From assembly GCF_032080165.1 (NCBI RefSeq), contig NZ_DAMASY010000001.1:496247-541084 (forward strand): DNA of 44,838 nucleotides, in the 5' to 3' direction. The position numbers and the translations under genes were made by a program. Origin of the DNA: Sedimentibacter sp. GTDB lineage: Bacteria > Bacillota > Clostridia > Tissierellales > Sedimentibacteraceae. Below are positions 27,209-36,942 of this stretch, in pieces. The notes beneath the pieces were generated by a model. That model was not told the DNA's origin. It was given only the letters and a program-made list of their open reading frames with translations, and did not search any database. Each line of letters starts with the position of its first letter. The stretch's first letter is position 1.

Positions 27209-27589
27209 ATGGATAATATAGAAAAGACAATTCGTATCATAAAGATTGAGCCACAAAACTTACCTTATGAAAAAGAAATAGCTAATGACTTGGAGGGTAT
27301 TCAAGGAGAGGTTGAGGGATTATTTGAATGTATTTATTTAGATGATAATTGTATTTTAGTATGTAATGAAGAAGGAAAATTAAATGGGATGGAACTAAAT
27401 CGAAGGGTTGGTAATGACATCATTGCTGGTCCTTTTTTTATTGTAGGGGATAGCCAAGATGGAGAATTTGTATCCTTGAGAGATGAGCAAATAGAAAAAT
27501 ACACACAAGAATTTGGAAAGATTCAAGAATTTACTGGAGAAGAACCAGAGGCACAACCAAGGATGGAGTTTATTGGATTTAATTTTTAA
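27209..27589 (+). CDS. DUF3846-like protein
   Basis: IRIIKIEPQNLPYEKEIANDLEGIQGEVEGLFE ... GNDIIAGPFFIVG resembles the ICE-associated DUF3846 pattern. Confidence 0.45.
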   Translation: MDNIEKTIRIIKIEPQNLPYEKEIANDLEGIQGEVEGLFECIYLDDNCILVCNEEGKLNGMELNRRVGNDIIAGPFFIVGDSQDGEFVSLRDEQIEKYTQEFGKIQEFTGEEPEAQPRMEFIGFNF

Positions 27590-27601
27590 GGAGGGAAAGG
27601 T

Positions 27602-28000
27602 ATGAGTATATCAACCGAAAAAGCAACTTTACAGATAACTTTTCAAAAAGAAAAGTTAGAAGCATTAAGGTTTTATATGAACGAAAAGGATCTGACTGTA
27701 GAGGGAGAATTGCAAAAACATATTAGTAGTATCTACGAAAAATATGTTCCATCATCTACTAGAAGATATCTAGAGAGAAATGATAATGAACAGGAGAACC
27801 AGACGGAAACAACGGCCCCTATTAGTGAAAGGTCATCAGAAGTTACTCCAAGAACTACCTCTAATCGTGGAAGAAGAAGGACTGAAAGGGTGCAAAGTGA
27901 ACAGGCAGAAGTTCCTACAGAAACTACAAATGCAGAAGAAATTGAAGAGTCTCAAGAGCAGACAGAGGATGAAAATCAGGGAATGGTCATGAGTATGTAG
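27602..28000 (+). CDS. small hypothetical protein, paralog A of a tandem pair
   Basis: Shares the motif EKL.A...YM..K...V..EL...L..LYEK.VP...R.Y with ORF 28070. Confidence 0.45.
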   Translation: MSISTEKATLQITFQKEKLEALRFYMNEKDLTVEGELQKHISSIYEKYVPSSTRRYLERNDNEQENQTETTAPISERSSEVTPRTTSNRGRRRTERVQSEQAEVPTETTNAEEIEESQEQTEDENQGMVMSM

Positions 28001-28069
28001 TGACTATTCCTTTTCTGTTTTTGCAATGGAAACCATAAAAAGTTAATAAAATGAAGGAGGCATGTTTGA

Positions 28070-28324
28070 ATGAAAAAAGATACTATTAGCGTAAGTCTTG
28101 AGGCTGAAAAGTTAAGAGCAATTAAGAAATATATGGAGAAGAAAGAGATTGATGTACAAGATGAATTATCAGAACAGCTACAAAAGCTTTATGAGAAGCA
28201 TGTGCCAGTCAATGTTAGAGAATATATTGATGAAAAGAATGAGGAAGAAAGTAAAGCTAAAACGACAAGAAAAGTAGCTAAAAATACTGGTGCAGCTACT
28301 TCTGAATCTACACAACAGGAATAA
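28070..28324 (+). CDS. small hypothetical protein, paralog B of a tandem pair
   Basis: GAAGGAGG RBS. Collinear similarity to ORF 27602 (SLEAEKLRAIKKYMEKKEIDVQDELSEQLQKLYEKHVPVNVREYI). Confidence 0.45.
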   Translation: MKKDTISVSLEAEKLRAIKKYMEKKEIDVQDELSEQLQKLYEKHVPVNVREYIDEKNEEESKAKTTRKVAKNTGAATSESTQQE

Positions 28325-28529
28325 AACCATTTTTGGGGCGATATTTGCCCCTGTGTGGGATTGTATGGACGAGAGTGGCACAAGTTATCATTAACGATAG
28401 ATAAAACGATTTGTGGGCGAATTTGCCGAGATTTATGAATAGAGCAGATTTAGCATTAAGATACTTAGATTTTAGGAGAAATATGAGCCTAAAATGTAAG
28501 TGAACCCCCCTATTGATTTTGGTGCAGGA

Positions 28530-28650
28530 TAAAGAGAGGTGGTCGCACGCGACCTCCTCTCGACCACATCGCCCGGCAGTGCCGAGCGTTTCTCTCAATT
28601 ACGTTAGGTGGTCGAAAAAGCTGTTTTGGGACAAGTAGGTGGTCGTAATA
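28530..28650. promoter_or_regulatory. candidate oriT / operator region: 13-bp imperfect inverted repeat plus three direct repeats of AGGTGGTCG
   Basis: IR gagaggtggtcgc-ac-gcgacctcctctc at 28534-28561 (one mismatch). AGGTGGTCG at 28538, 28606 and 28637. Located directly upstream of the MobC-like/relaxase genes. Confidence 0.4.
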
Positions 28651-28731
28651 ATGTAAAAATGCATTGTTACAAGGCTTGAAAGTGGTCTAAGAGGTGATCA
28701 AATACAATATTAAAGGAATTGGAGTGATGAA

Positions 28732-29154
28732 ATGAAACAAATTCAGCATAAAGCAAAGGATAGAACTGCAGTATGGCTTTATCCGGAAACCATTGAACAA
28801 ATGGATTCTATGCTTGAAACGGATAATGCCAAAAGTCGCAGTGAATTCATAGAAAAAGCACTGCAATTTTATATGGGATATCTGGCAAGTGAAAATACGA
28901 CAGGATATCTTTCAAAAGTTTTAGTATCTGCAATACAAGGGACTTTAAGAGAAACAGAAAACAGAAATTCAAGTAATCTCTTTCGCTTATCTGTTGAAAT
29001 GTCAATGATGATGAATATTCTTGCCGCAGGTCTTGAAATTAGTGATGATGATTTGAGAAAACTTCGTGGCAGATGTATAAATGAAGTGAAAAAGACAAGA
29101 GGAAAAATCAACATGGAGGATGCGGTGAAATTTCAACAAGGCATTGTGGAATAA
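28732..29154 (+). CDS. ribbon-helix-helix (CopG/MobC-like) relaxosome accessory protein
   Basis: AWLYPETIEQMDSMLETDNAKSRSEFIEKALQFYM is a typical RHH N-terminus. Lies immediately upstream of the relaxase. Confidence 0.5.
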   Translation: MKQIQHKAKDRTAVWLYPETIEQMDSMLETDNAKSRSEFIEKALQFYMGYLASENTTGYLSKVLVSAIQGTLRETENRNSSNLFRLSVEMSMMMNILAAGLEISDDDLRKLRGRCINEVKKTRGKINMEDAVKFQQGIVE

Positions 29155-29174
29155 AAGCAGAAAGGAAGATTTAA

Positions 29175-31931
29175 ATGGCAAGAATTATTCTGAAGTGCCC
29201 GTACTTAAAAAGTGGAACGAAAAAAACTTCAGCTCATCTATCCAATCTTGTAACTTATATGGCTACCAGAAATGGTGTGAAAAAATTAACTGTGGAAAAT
29301 AAAAATCTTCCTTTTACTCAAAAGCAAGAGAAGCTTATAAATCAGATTATAAATGAATTTCCAAATACCAAAAACATATTTGAATACGAAGATTATGTTA
29401 AGAACAGAACCATTGAAAATGCATCGGATTTTATTTCAATTGCATTAGAACAAAACCTTGATAAAATTAATAAGCGAGAAAACTATGTCGATTATATTGC
29501 AAACCGGCCAAGGGTTGAAAGAATGGGTACGCATGGCTTGTTTACAGGTGGCGATGATGAAATTGTACTAAGCAGAATTTCAGAAGAAGTTGCTAATCAC
29601 ACAGGAAATGTGTGGACTCCCATAATTTCATTAAGGCGAGATGATGCCATACGTACAGGATTTGATAACGCTGAAGCCTGGCACAATATGTTATCCTATT
29701 ATGCACCAGAGATTGCGGAAAGTATGAAAATTCCTGTTGAAAACTTTAGGTGGTATGCAGCTTTTCATAATGAGAGTCACCATCCACATATTCATATGAT
29801 TTGCTATTCCGTTAACCCGATAGATGGATATCTAACGAAAAAGGGCATTGAAAAAATGAAGTCAGGTCTTGTAAAAAATATCTTCAAAAATGAGATGCAA
29901 TTAATTTATGCTGAACAGAGCCAAAGACGAGATAGGGTAAAAGCCGAGAGTAAAGAAATGCTTTTACAGCTTATTCAGGAGATGAAAATAGGAACGATTC
30001 AGAATACACAAATAGAGAAATTATTTTTAAATTTGACAGAGAGGTTGAAACATACCAAAGGCAAAAGAGTGTATGGATATTTGCAACCAAGTGTGAAAGC
30101 AATTGTTGATGAAATTGCAGATGAACTTTCCAAAGAAGAAAAAGTGTCTAAAGCTTATGAACTGTGGTATGAAATGCGAAACGAAGTGCTGAACAGTTAT
30201 ATGGATGAACCTTCAGAGCCACTACCATTATCAAAGCAGAAGGAATTTAAATCCATAAAAAATATAATTATTGCTGAGGCAGATAAACTTAGCAAAGGAG
30301 AAATTAGTTTTGTTGAAATTGAGAATATTGATACCTTTCTTTATAACAATGATTTTGCAGAATCAGATAACCCTGAAGTTGTTGAAGATACTGTAGATTT
30401 TGAGGTAATGGAAGATAACAATGCTGACGGGTTAGATACAGGACACATTTATGTGAAATGGACTAACGAGTATAAAATGGCTCGTGAGTATTTGTTTGGT
30501 ACAGATGAAATAGAACAGAATTTTAAAGTAACACTAGAATTATTTACGGAAGAATCAGTAAAAGGTAATGCTCTTGCGATGTTTGATATTGGTAGAATCT
30601 ATTCGGATGGTCTTGGTGTAGAAATCGATATGGACAAAGCTAATAATTATTATAAAAAGGCTCTTTCTAGATTTCAAAAAGTTGAATCACAAAAAGCATG
30701 GGAATATACAGAGTATCGTATTGGAAAGATGTATGCGCAAGGTCTTGGAACAGAGAAAGACTTAAAAACAGCAGCTTATTGGTTTAATTTATCTGCAGAA
30801 AAGAAATATAAGTATGCTCAGTATTCTCTTGGTGGTTTATATTACCGTGGGCAAGGAGTGGAACAAAATTTTCAAACATCCTTTTCATTGTATTTAAAAT
30901 CAGCAAATCAAGGGTTTCCTTATGCAGATTTTGAAGTTGCTAAAATGTATCGTGACGGTACTGGTATTGATAAAGATGCAAATGAAAGTAATCATTATTT
31001 TGAAAAAGCCTTTGTAGGTTTTGAAAAATTAGAAAAGCAAGGTTGTGATGATAAGATACAATACAGGTTGGGATGGATGCTTCAAAATGGAATTGGTACA
31101 AATAGAGATATTGCAAAAGCAAAAGAGTATTTTGGTAAGTCTGCAAAATTTGGAAACATTTTTGCCTGTTATTCATTAGCTAAGATAATACTTGAAGAAG
31201 ATAAACCAACTAATGAAGAAGTGAAAAAAGCAATTGATTATATGCATATAGCTTCAAACAGTGGGAATAAGTTCGCACAATACTCTCTCGGTAGAATTTA
31301 TCTGGAGGGTAAACATACCGCGAAAGATATTAATAAAGCAATAACATTATTAACTTTATTGGCTGAACAAGATAATGAGTTTGCAGCATATAAGTTAGGA
31401 ATGATTTATTTAAAAGATGAAGAAGTTACAAAGGATATAAATAAAGCAATTGCATTTATAACGCAATCAGCTGAAAAAAATAATGAATGGGCAAGTTATC
31501 AGCTAGGAAAATTGTACTTGATGGGCGTGGATATTCCCAAGGATACCGAAAAAGCGATTGAGTATCTTACAAAGTCAGCAGAACAGGGAAATCAATTTGC
31601 TCAGTATGTTCTTGGAAAGTTATTTCTGATTGGAAAGGATGTTCCGAAAGATAAAGAAACAGCAGTAAAATTTTTTACTCTATCGGCAGAGCAAGGAAAT
31701 GAGTATGCAAAATTTTTTCTTGAAAACATAGATAAGTTTCGAGAACCATCAGTAGGGTTATGTACATCTCGAGTGCTTCATCATATGAGTAAAATATTTG
31801 AGGATAATATACCGCTTAATAAATCTAAGGTAGGATTAAAAATTGATAGTAAACTACTTAGAAAGCTTAAAGGAAAGAAAATAGCTCAAGGACATAAGAG
31901 AGATGATCATGAAGAGAGGATGACTCTTTAA
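29175..31931 (+). CDS. conjugative relaxase (MobA/VirD2-type His triad) with C-terminal array of Sel1-like repeats
   Basis: Histidine triad HNESHHPHIHMI. A conserved N-terminal Tyr candidate (CPYLKSG). About eight C-terminal repeats of the form A.YxLGxxYxxGxGVxxDxxKAxxYxxKSA. Confidence 0.6.
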   Translation: MARIILKCPYLKSGTKKTSAHLSNLVTYMATRNGVKKLTVENKNLPFTQKQEKLINQIINEFPNTKNIFEYEDYVKNRTIENASDFISIALEQNLDKINKRENYVDYIANRPRVERMGTHGLFTGGDDEIVLSRISEEVANHTGNVWTPIISLRRDDAIRTGFDNAEAWHNMLSYYAPEIAESMKIPVENFRWYAAFHNESHHPHIHMICYSVNPIDGYLTKKGIEKMKSGLVKNIFKNEMQLIYAEQSQRRDRVKAESKEMLLQLIQEMKIGTIQNTQIEKLFLNLTERLKHTKGKRVYGYLQPSVKAIVDEIADELSKEEKVSKAYELWYEMRNEVLNSYMDEPSEPLPLSKQKEFKSIKNIIIAEADKLSKGEISFVEIENIDTFLYNNDFAESDNPEVVEDTVDFEVMEDNNADGLDTGHIYVKWTNEYKMAREYLFGTDEIEQNFKVTLELFTEESVKGNALAMFDIGRIYSDGLGVEIDMDKANNYYKKALSRFQKVESQKAWEYTEYRIGKMYAQGLGTEKDLKTAAYWFNLSAEKKYKYAQYSLGGLYYRGQGVEQNFQTSFSLYLKSANQGFPYADFEVAKMYRDGTGIDKDANESNHYFEKAFVGFEKLEKQGCDDKIQYRLGWMLQNGIGTNRDIAKAKEYFGKSAKFGNIFACYSLAKIILEEDKPTNEEVKKAIDYMHIASNSGNKFAQYSLGRIYLEGKHTAKDINKAITLLTLLAEQDNEFAAYKLGMIYLKDEEVTKDINKAIAFITQSAEKNNEWASYQLGKLYLMGVDIPKDTEKAIEYLTKSAEQGNQFAQYVLGKLFLIGKDVPKDKETAVKFFTLSAEQGNEYAKFFLENIDKFREPSVGLCTSRVLHHMSKIFEDNIPLNKSKVGLKIDSKLLRKLKGKKIAQGHKRDDHEERMTL

Positions 31932-31960
31932 TAAAAATAACCTATAAATTTCTAAATAAA

Positions 31961-31998
31961 AGCAGTCTTTCGATTCTATTAATGAAAGGCTGTTTTTT
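31961..31998 (+). terminator. putative intrinsic terminator after the relaxase
   Basis: Imperfect ~9-bp stem (agcagtctttc / gaaaggctgt) followed by TTTTTT. Confidence 0.45.
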
Positions 31999-32164
31999 AT
32001 ATCTAAATTCAAAAAATGAGGGATATCATTATGAAGAAAAACTTTATTAAGAAAAAGAGTTTATATAATTTAAAACAGAATATTAAACCTTATATGAAAT
32101 GCTGTCCTGTCAAAAGGGCAGCATTTCATCGTATTGGGAATAGAAAACAATAAGGAGGAAGCAT

Positions 32165-33568
32165 ATGGGTATATATATTCATTTTACAAAGGAACAAAAA
32201 GAAAAAGCAAATAGTGTTGATCTTGAAGAATTTCTAAGAATGCAGGGTGAAACACTACTTCCATCAGGCAGAGAAAAAAGACTAAAAAGTAATCATAGTA
32301 TTACGATTCGAGGAAACGAATGGTTTGACCATGCTACAAAAGAAGGTGGTCTTGCTATTGATTTCGTTCAGAGTTTTTATGGATTAGCTTTCCCAGATGC
32401 AGTAACAATGCTACTTGGCGGAGAACAAGGAGAAGTATATTCTATAGTAAAGAAGAAAGAAGAAGTCAGAAAACCGTTTGAATTACCACCTAAGAACAAT
32501 GAAATGCGTAGAGTGTTTGCTTATTTGATTAAGCACAGACTCATTGATCGAGATGTGGTTAGCTTTTTTGTAAAGGAAAAACTCATCTATGAAAGTAAAG
32601 AGCAATCAAAAGATAGAATCAAAGAGTATCATAATGCCATTTTTGTAGGTTATGATGAAAATGGTATTCCTTGTCATGCCCATAAAAGAGGTATTTACAC
32701 AGAGGGAAAAAGTTATAAAGGGAATATTAACAGTAGCAATCCTTGTTATAGTTTTCATTATCTCGGAATTAGTGATAGAATCTATGTATTTGAGGCACCT
32801 ATTGATATGCTTTCCTTTATTACGATACATAAAGATAAAGATTGGAAAAAGCACAGCTATGTTGCTCTTTGTGGAGTGTCTGAGCAAGCATTATTTAAAA
32901 TGCTTGAAATCAATCCTAATTTAAGTCATGTTAGTTTATGCTTAGATCATGATACTGCCGGAATTGAGGCAAGTGAAAAAATAGTAGATATGTTGAAAGA
33001 AAAAAATGTTGGTTATAATAGATTACTTTCCAAACAAAAGGATTGGAATGAGGATTTGAAAGCAGGGCAAAATTTAACTGCAATTCCTTCAGAAGAACAT
33101 CCACAGCATCTTATAAAAGATGAAATTTGTAATGAAATATTGAAAATTATAAAAGAATTAGAAAAGATTGAATTGAAGTATGAGGATGGCTTAAAGGCTT
33201 TTCAAAAGACTCAAAAAACAAATGTATTACAGGCTGAAGCTATGAAAATGGCATCAGCTGTTTTTTTATGTCTTACATTAAAAGAATTCAGACAACTTGG
33301 AATTACTATGACTTCGGAAGGAATTATTCAGAAAATGAGTGAAGAGTTTCGCGCATATCAAAACAGGCGCAAGTATTATTTAACACTTTTTGATGTAGAA
33401 ACCGAACTGTCGACATTCAAAAATCAAAATGGAATTTTTTCTGAATCAGATAAAGCTTTAACTGCCAAAAAGTATGAGAAGATAGCATTGGAACTTTTAA
33501 AGTCAACTATCAGGTTAGAACTAGAACACCAAAAACAAGTCCAAAATCCGGCATTCAAAATGGCGTAA
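32165..33568 (+). CDS. DUF3991 + Toprim domain protein (ICE TraC-like primase)
   Basis: Toprim acidic motifs VFEAPIDMLSF and LCLDHDTAG. The N-terminal zinc-binding-like region is typical of DUF3991/Toprim primases encoded next to VirD4 on Firmicutes ICEs. Confidence 0.6.
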   Translation: MGIYIHFTKEQKEKANSVDLEEFLRMQGETLLPSGREKRLKSNHSITIRGNEWFDHATKEGGLAIDFVQSFYGLAFPDAVTMLLGGEQGEVYSIVKKKEEVRKPFELPPKNNEMRRVFAYLIKHRLIDRDVVSFFVKEKLIYESKEQSKDRIKEYHNAIFVGYDENGIPCHAHKRGIYTEGKSYKGNINSSNPCYSFHYLGISDRIYVFEAPIDMLSFITIHKDKDWKKHSYVALCGVSEQALFKMLEINPNLSHVSLCLDHDTAGIEASEKIVDMLKEKNVGYNRLLSKQKDWNEDLKAGQNLTAIPSEEHPQHLIKDEICNEILKIIKELEKIELKYEDGLKAFQKTQKTNVLQAEAMKMASAVFLCLTLKEFRQLGITMTSEGIIQKMSEEFRAYQNRRKYYLTLFDVETELSTFKNQNGIFSESDKALTAKKYEKIALELLKSTIRLELEHQKQVQNPAFKMA

Positions 33569-33623
33569 CATACGAGGCATAGGGTATATTCCTGTGCCTT
33601 ATTTTATAGAAAGGTCGTGTAAG

Positions 33624-35462
33624 ATGAATTCACAAGTATATATGTTAATGGCTGCTGCGGCTATTATGTTTTCAGTTATTGGAGGATTATCTTTGCTTGC
33701 TCATTATTATACCCTAAACGGAATTAAATCGAAGACTGTAGGAGATGGACAACATGGTGTTGCAAGATTTTCTACAAAAAAAGAAATTGAAGAAACTTAT
33801 CAGCACATTCCATTTGATGTTAAAGCCTGGAGGAGTGGAATGCATCTTCCTGTAGATGAAAAAGGAAATGCGATACAAGGCTTGGTAGTGGGCTGTAAAG
33901 GAAATAAAGGATCTGTTACCGGACTAATTGACACAGGTGATGTACATTGCCTTATGATTGGTGCTGCTGGTGTTGGAAAAACAGCATTTTTTCTATACCC
34001 AAACCTTGAGTATGCCTGCGTAAGCGGTATGTCTTTTATTACTACTGATACTAAGGGTGACCTTGCAAGAAATTACGGAACTATAGCAAAAGAGAATTAC
34101 GGATACAATATTGCGGTCATTGATTTAAGAAACCCTACAAGAAGTGATGGAAATAATCTTTTGCATCTTGTAAATAAATATATGGATTTATACCGAGCAG
34201 ATAACAATAGTTTTTCTGCAAAAGCAAAAGCCGAGAAATATGCAAAAATTATATCTAAAACAATTATCTCAACCGATGGAAATAATGCGGCGATGGGGCA
34301 AAATGCATTTTTCTATGATGCAGCCGAAGGACTCCTTACTGCGGTGATTCTTTTAATTGCAGAATATCTTCCACCAGTAGAGGAGGATGGACATGTGGTA
34401 GATAAAAGACACATTATTTCTGTTTTTAAAATGGTTCAAGATTTAATGGCACCAAGTAATATTAAAGGGAAAAGTCAATTCCAATTATTGATGGATAAGC
34501 TTCCGCCTAACCATAAGGCAAAGTGGTTTGCTGGAGCAGCTCTTAATTCTGCTGAACAAGCAATGGCATCTGTTCTTTCGACAGTGCTTTCTAGGCTTAA
34601 TGCTTTTCTTGATTCCGAGATGGAGCAGATACTTTGTTTTGATACTGCTATAGATGCGGAGACTTTCTGTAAAGAAAAGTCTGCAATCTTTCTTATACTC
34701 CCGGAGGAAGATAACACCAAGTATTTTATGGTATCACTGTTCTTACAACAGTTATATCGTGAAATGCTCACTGTGGCAGACGAGAATGGTGGTAAGCTCC
34801 CTAATAGGGTAATGATTTATGCAGATGAAATCGGAACAATTCCTAAAATAGAATCTTTTGAAATGATGCTATCTGCAGGTAGATCACGTAGAATTTCCGT
34901 GATACCGATTATTCAATCCTTTGCACAGCTCGATAAAAATTATGGAAAGGAAGGTAGCGAAATAATAACTGATAATTGTCAGTTGACAATCTTTGGAGGA
35001 TTTGCTCCAAATTCTGAAACTGCACAGGTACTGTCAAAAGCACTTGGTAGCAGAACAGTTATGAGTGGAAGTATCAGTAGAGGGAAAAGTGATCCATCAC
35101 AAAGTTTACAGATGATAGAAAGACCACTGCTTACTGCAGATGAACTCAAGTCACTTCCAAAAGGTAACTTTGTAGTGATGAAAACAGGTGTACATCCAAT
35201 GAAAACAAGACTCAGATTGTTTTTAGATTGGGGAATTACCTTTGAAAAACCATATGAAACAGAAGAAAAATCACATCGTAAAGTTTATTATGCTAATAAA
35301 GAGGAATTAGAAGAAAACATTATGAGGCAAACAATGGCTTTGGAAATAGAGGAAGAAGATGAAACAGCAGAAGAAAGCAAACGAGGTGGTACGTTACATT
35401 CTACTACTATGGAGCAATCAAAAGAATCTATTTCTAAACGCAAGACAATGATAAGAACATAG
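33624..35462 (+). CDS. VirD4/TraG-family type IV coupling protein
   Basis: N-terminal TM helices. Walker A MIGAAGVGKTAF. Walker B-like MIYADEIG. ATG 33624 after GAAAGG; the longer GTG-started ORF overlaps an upstream hairpin. Confidence 0.8.
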   Translation: MNSQVYMLMAAAAIMFSVIGGLSLLAHYYTLNGIKSKTVGDGQHGVARFSTKKEIEETYQHIPFDVKAWRSGMHLPVDEKGNAIQGLVVGCKGNKGSVTGLIDTGDVHCLMIGAAGVGKTAFFLYPNLEYACVSGMSFITTDTKGDLARNYGTIAKENYGYNIAVIDLRNPTRSDGNNLLHLVNKYMDLYRADNNSFSAKAKAEKYAKIISKTIISTDGNNAAMGQNAFFYDAAEGLLTAVILLIAEYLPPVEEDGHVVDKRHIISVFKMVQDLMAPSNIKGKSQFQLLMDKLPPNHKAKWFAGAALNSAEQAMASVLSTVLSRLNAFLDSEMEQILCFDTAIDAETFCKEKSAIFLILPEEDNTKYFMVSLFLQQLYREMLTVADENGGKLPNRVMIYADEIGTIPKIESFEMMLSAGRSRRISVIPIIQSFAQLDKNYGKEGSEIITDNCQLTIFGGFAPNSETAQVLSKALGSRTVMSGSISRGKSDPSQSLQMIERPLLTADELKSLPKGNFVVMKTGVHPMKTRLRLFLDWGITFEKPYETEEKSHRKVYYANKEELEENIMRQTMALEIEEEDETAEESKRGGTLHSTTMEQSKESISKRKTMIRT

Positions 35463-35476
35463 GGAGGTGTTGAAGT

Positions 35477-35734
35477 TTGAGTTTCTTTGGAAATTTATAT
35501 CGAGAGGAACTTCCTTCTCGTGCAAAAATTGTTTATATGTATTTGAAAGACAGAAGCAATGCAGAGGGAGAATGTTGGCCGGCTATTAAAACCATTGCAA
35601 AAGATACTTCGTTGTCAAAGAGTACAGTAAAAAGAGCCATAGCAGATTTAATACACTGCGGTTTATTAACAAAGGAATCACGCTATCGGGAGAATGGCAG
35701 TAATTCTTCAAACCAATATTTTTTGAAAAAATAA
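35477..35734 (+). CDS. small helix-turn-helix protein (winged-helix/replication-initiator-like N-domain)
   Basis: AGGGAGGTG RBS, TTG start. ECWPAIKTIAKDTSLSKSTVKRAIADLIHCGLL is an HTH. Confidence 0.5.
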   Translation: MSFFGNLYREELPSRAKIVYMYLKDRSNAEGECWPAIKTIAKDTSLSKSTVKRAIADLIHCGLLTKESRYRENGSNSSNQYFLKK

Positions 35735-35939
35735 AAAAGAGTATACAATGTCTATGTGGAAGGGATAGTTTTCCGCCAAGGTACTATTATGCTTTTTTTG
35801 TGGACTGAGTTGGAGTTCACTATGAACTTACCAGAAGGAATCACTCTAATAATTTATTTAACAACAGAGAAATAATAATATATCTGTTATATATGTTTAC
35901 CTGTTCTGGCGTTAATAATAAATATATTTTAGATAACTA

Positions 35940-36156
35940 TAAAGGACACAGGTATTGGAATCCCAAATGAAGACTTAAAATATATTTTTGAAAGGTTTTA
36001 TAGAAGCGATTTATCAAGGAGTCGTCAAACCGGGGGAACCGGTATTGGACTTACAATTACAAAGGCATTGGTAGAAGTACATGGAGGAACTATTAAAATC
36101 CATAGTGAAGTTGGAAAGGGAACTAACGTAATAGTTGAATTTAATATATAAATTAT
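35940..36156 (+). pseudogene. orphan 3'-terminal fragment (about the last 70 codons, HATPase_c G1/G2 boxes) of a sensor histidine kinase gene; diverged duplicate of 42968..43187
   Basis: About 215 nt align collinearly with the 3' end of the intact HK gene, with about 9 mismatches. Homology begins abruptly at taaaggacac and ends just after the shared TAA stop. No upstream coding continuation exists. Confidence 0.75.
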
Positions 36157-36413
36157 TATTAATATTATACAAATTCTTTGTAAAACAGAATCACTATGTA
36201 ATTATTTCTACTCTGTTTTTTATCTATACATTGTAGCTATCTGTAATTCTTATAGTGAAGATGCTATTATGTGCAGATTAAATGTACAAATCATCTAAGT
36301 ATAAACTTAATATAATAATTAAAAAATTTTTTGACAAATATAATAAACGATATTACAATGAGTTAAATATATAAAACATATATGAATAGTATGTAATTAA
36401 AGGAGCGAACAAA

Positions 36414-36938
36414 ATGGCACATATTACACAAGTAAATTATGAAAATGCTTCCCCAGACGTAAAAGAACAATTTAATGATCAAATAAGGAGACATGGTAGA
36501 ATTACTAACATGAAAAAGACACTTTTACATTCCTTACCAGCATTTCATACATTAATGGAATGGTATACACTAGCTGAAGAAGTTGAAAAGTTCTTAGGTA
36601 AGAGAGCTGTAAATTTCTATAGCTATGCAATTTCAACACAGAATAGCTGTTTGATTTGCTCTACTTTCTTTGGTAAGATTTTAGAAGATTTAGATATAGA
36701 CTTTGACAACTTCTCATTTACAGAAGAAGAGTCCGATATTATTGAATACGGTCAGTATTTAGTAAAAGATCCAGGAAATATACCAGATAAATTATTTGAT
36801 AAACTAAAAAAGAGATATACAGAGGAGCAAATAGTATTATTAACAGCCTTTGGAAGCATGATGATCGCAACAAATCTTATAAATACAGCTTTAAAAGTTG
36901 AACTAGATGATATTTTAGTTCCATATACTAGGGGGTAA
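36414..36938 (+). CDS. carboxymuconolactone decarboxylase (CMD/AhpD-like) family protein
   Basis: AAGGAG RBS. Size and cysteine-containing core (NSCLICSTF) are compatible with the CMD family. Tentative. Confidence 0.45.
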   Translation: MAHITQVNYENASPDVKEQFNDQIRRHGRITNMKKTLLHSLPAFHTLMEWYTLAEEVEKFLGKRAVNFYSYAISTQNSCLICSTFFGKILEDLDIDFDNFSFTEEESDIIEYGQYLVKDPGNIPDKLFDKLKKRYTEEQIVLLTAFGSMMIATNLINTALKVELDDILVPYTRG

Positions 36939-36942
36939 TGAC

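Noticed and set aside
28308-28598. 96-aa minus-strand ORF over the oriT-like region
   Set aside because: Covers the intergenic repeat region. No RBS. GC-rich palindromes create the open frame.
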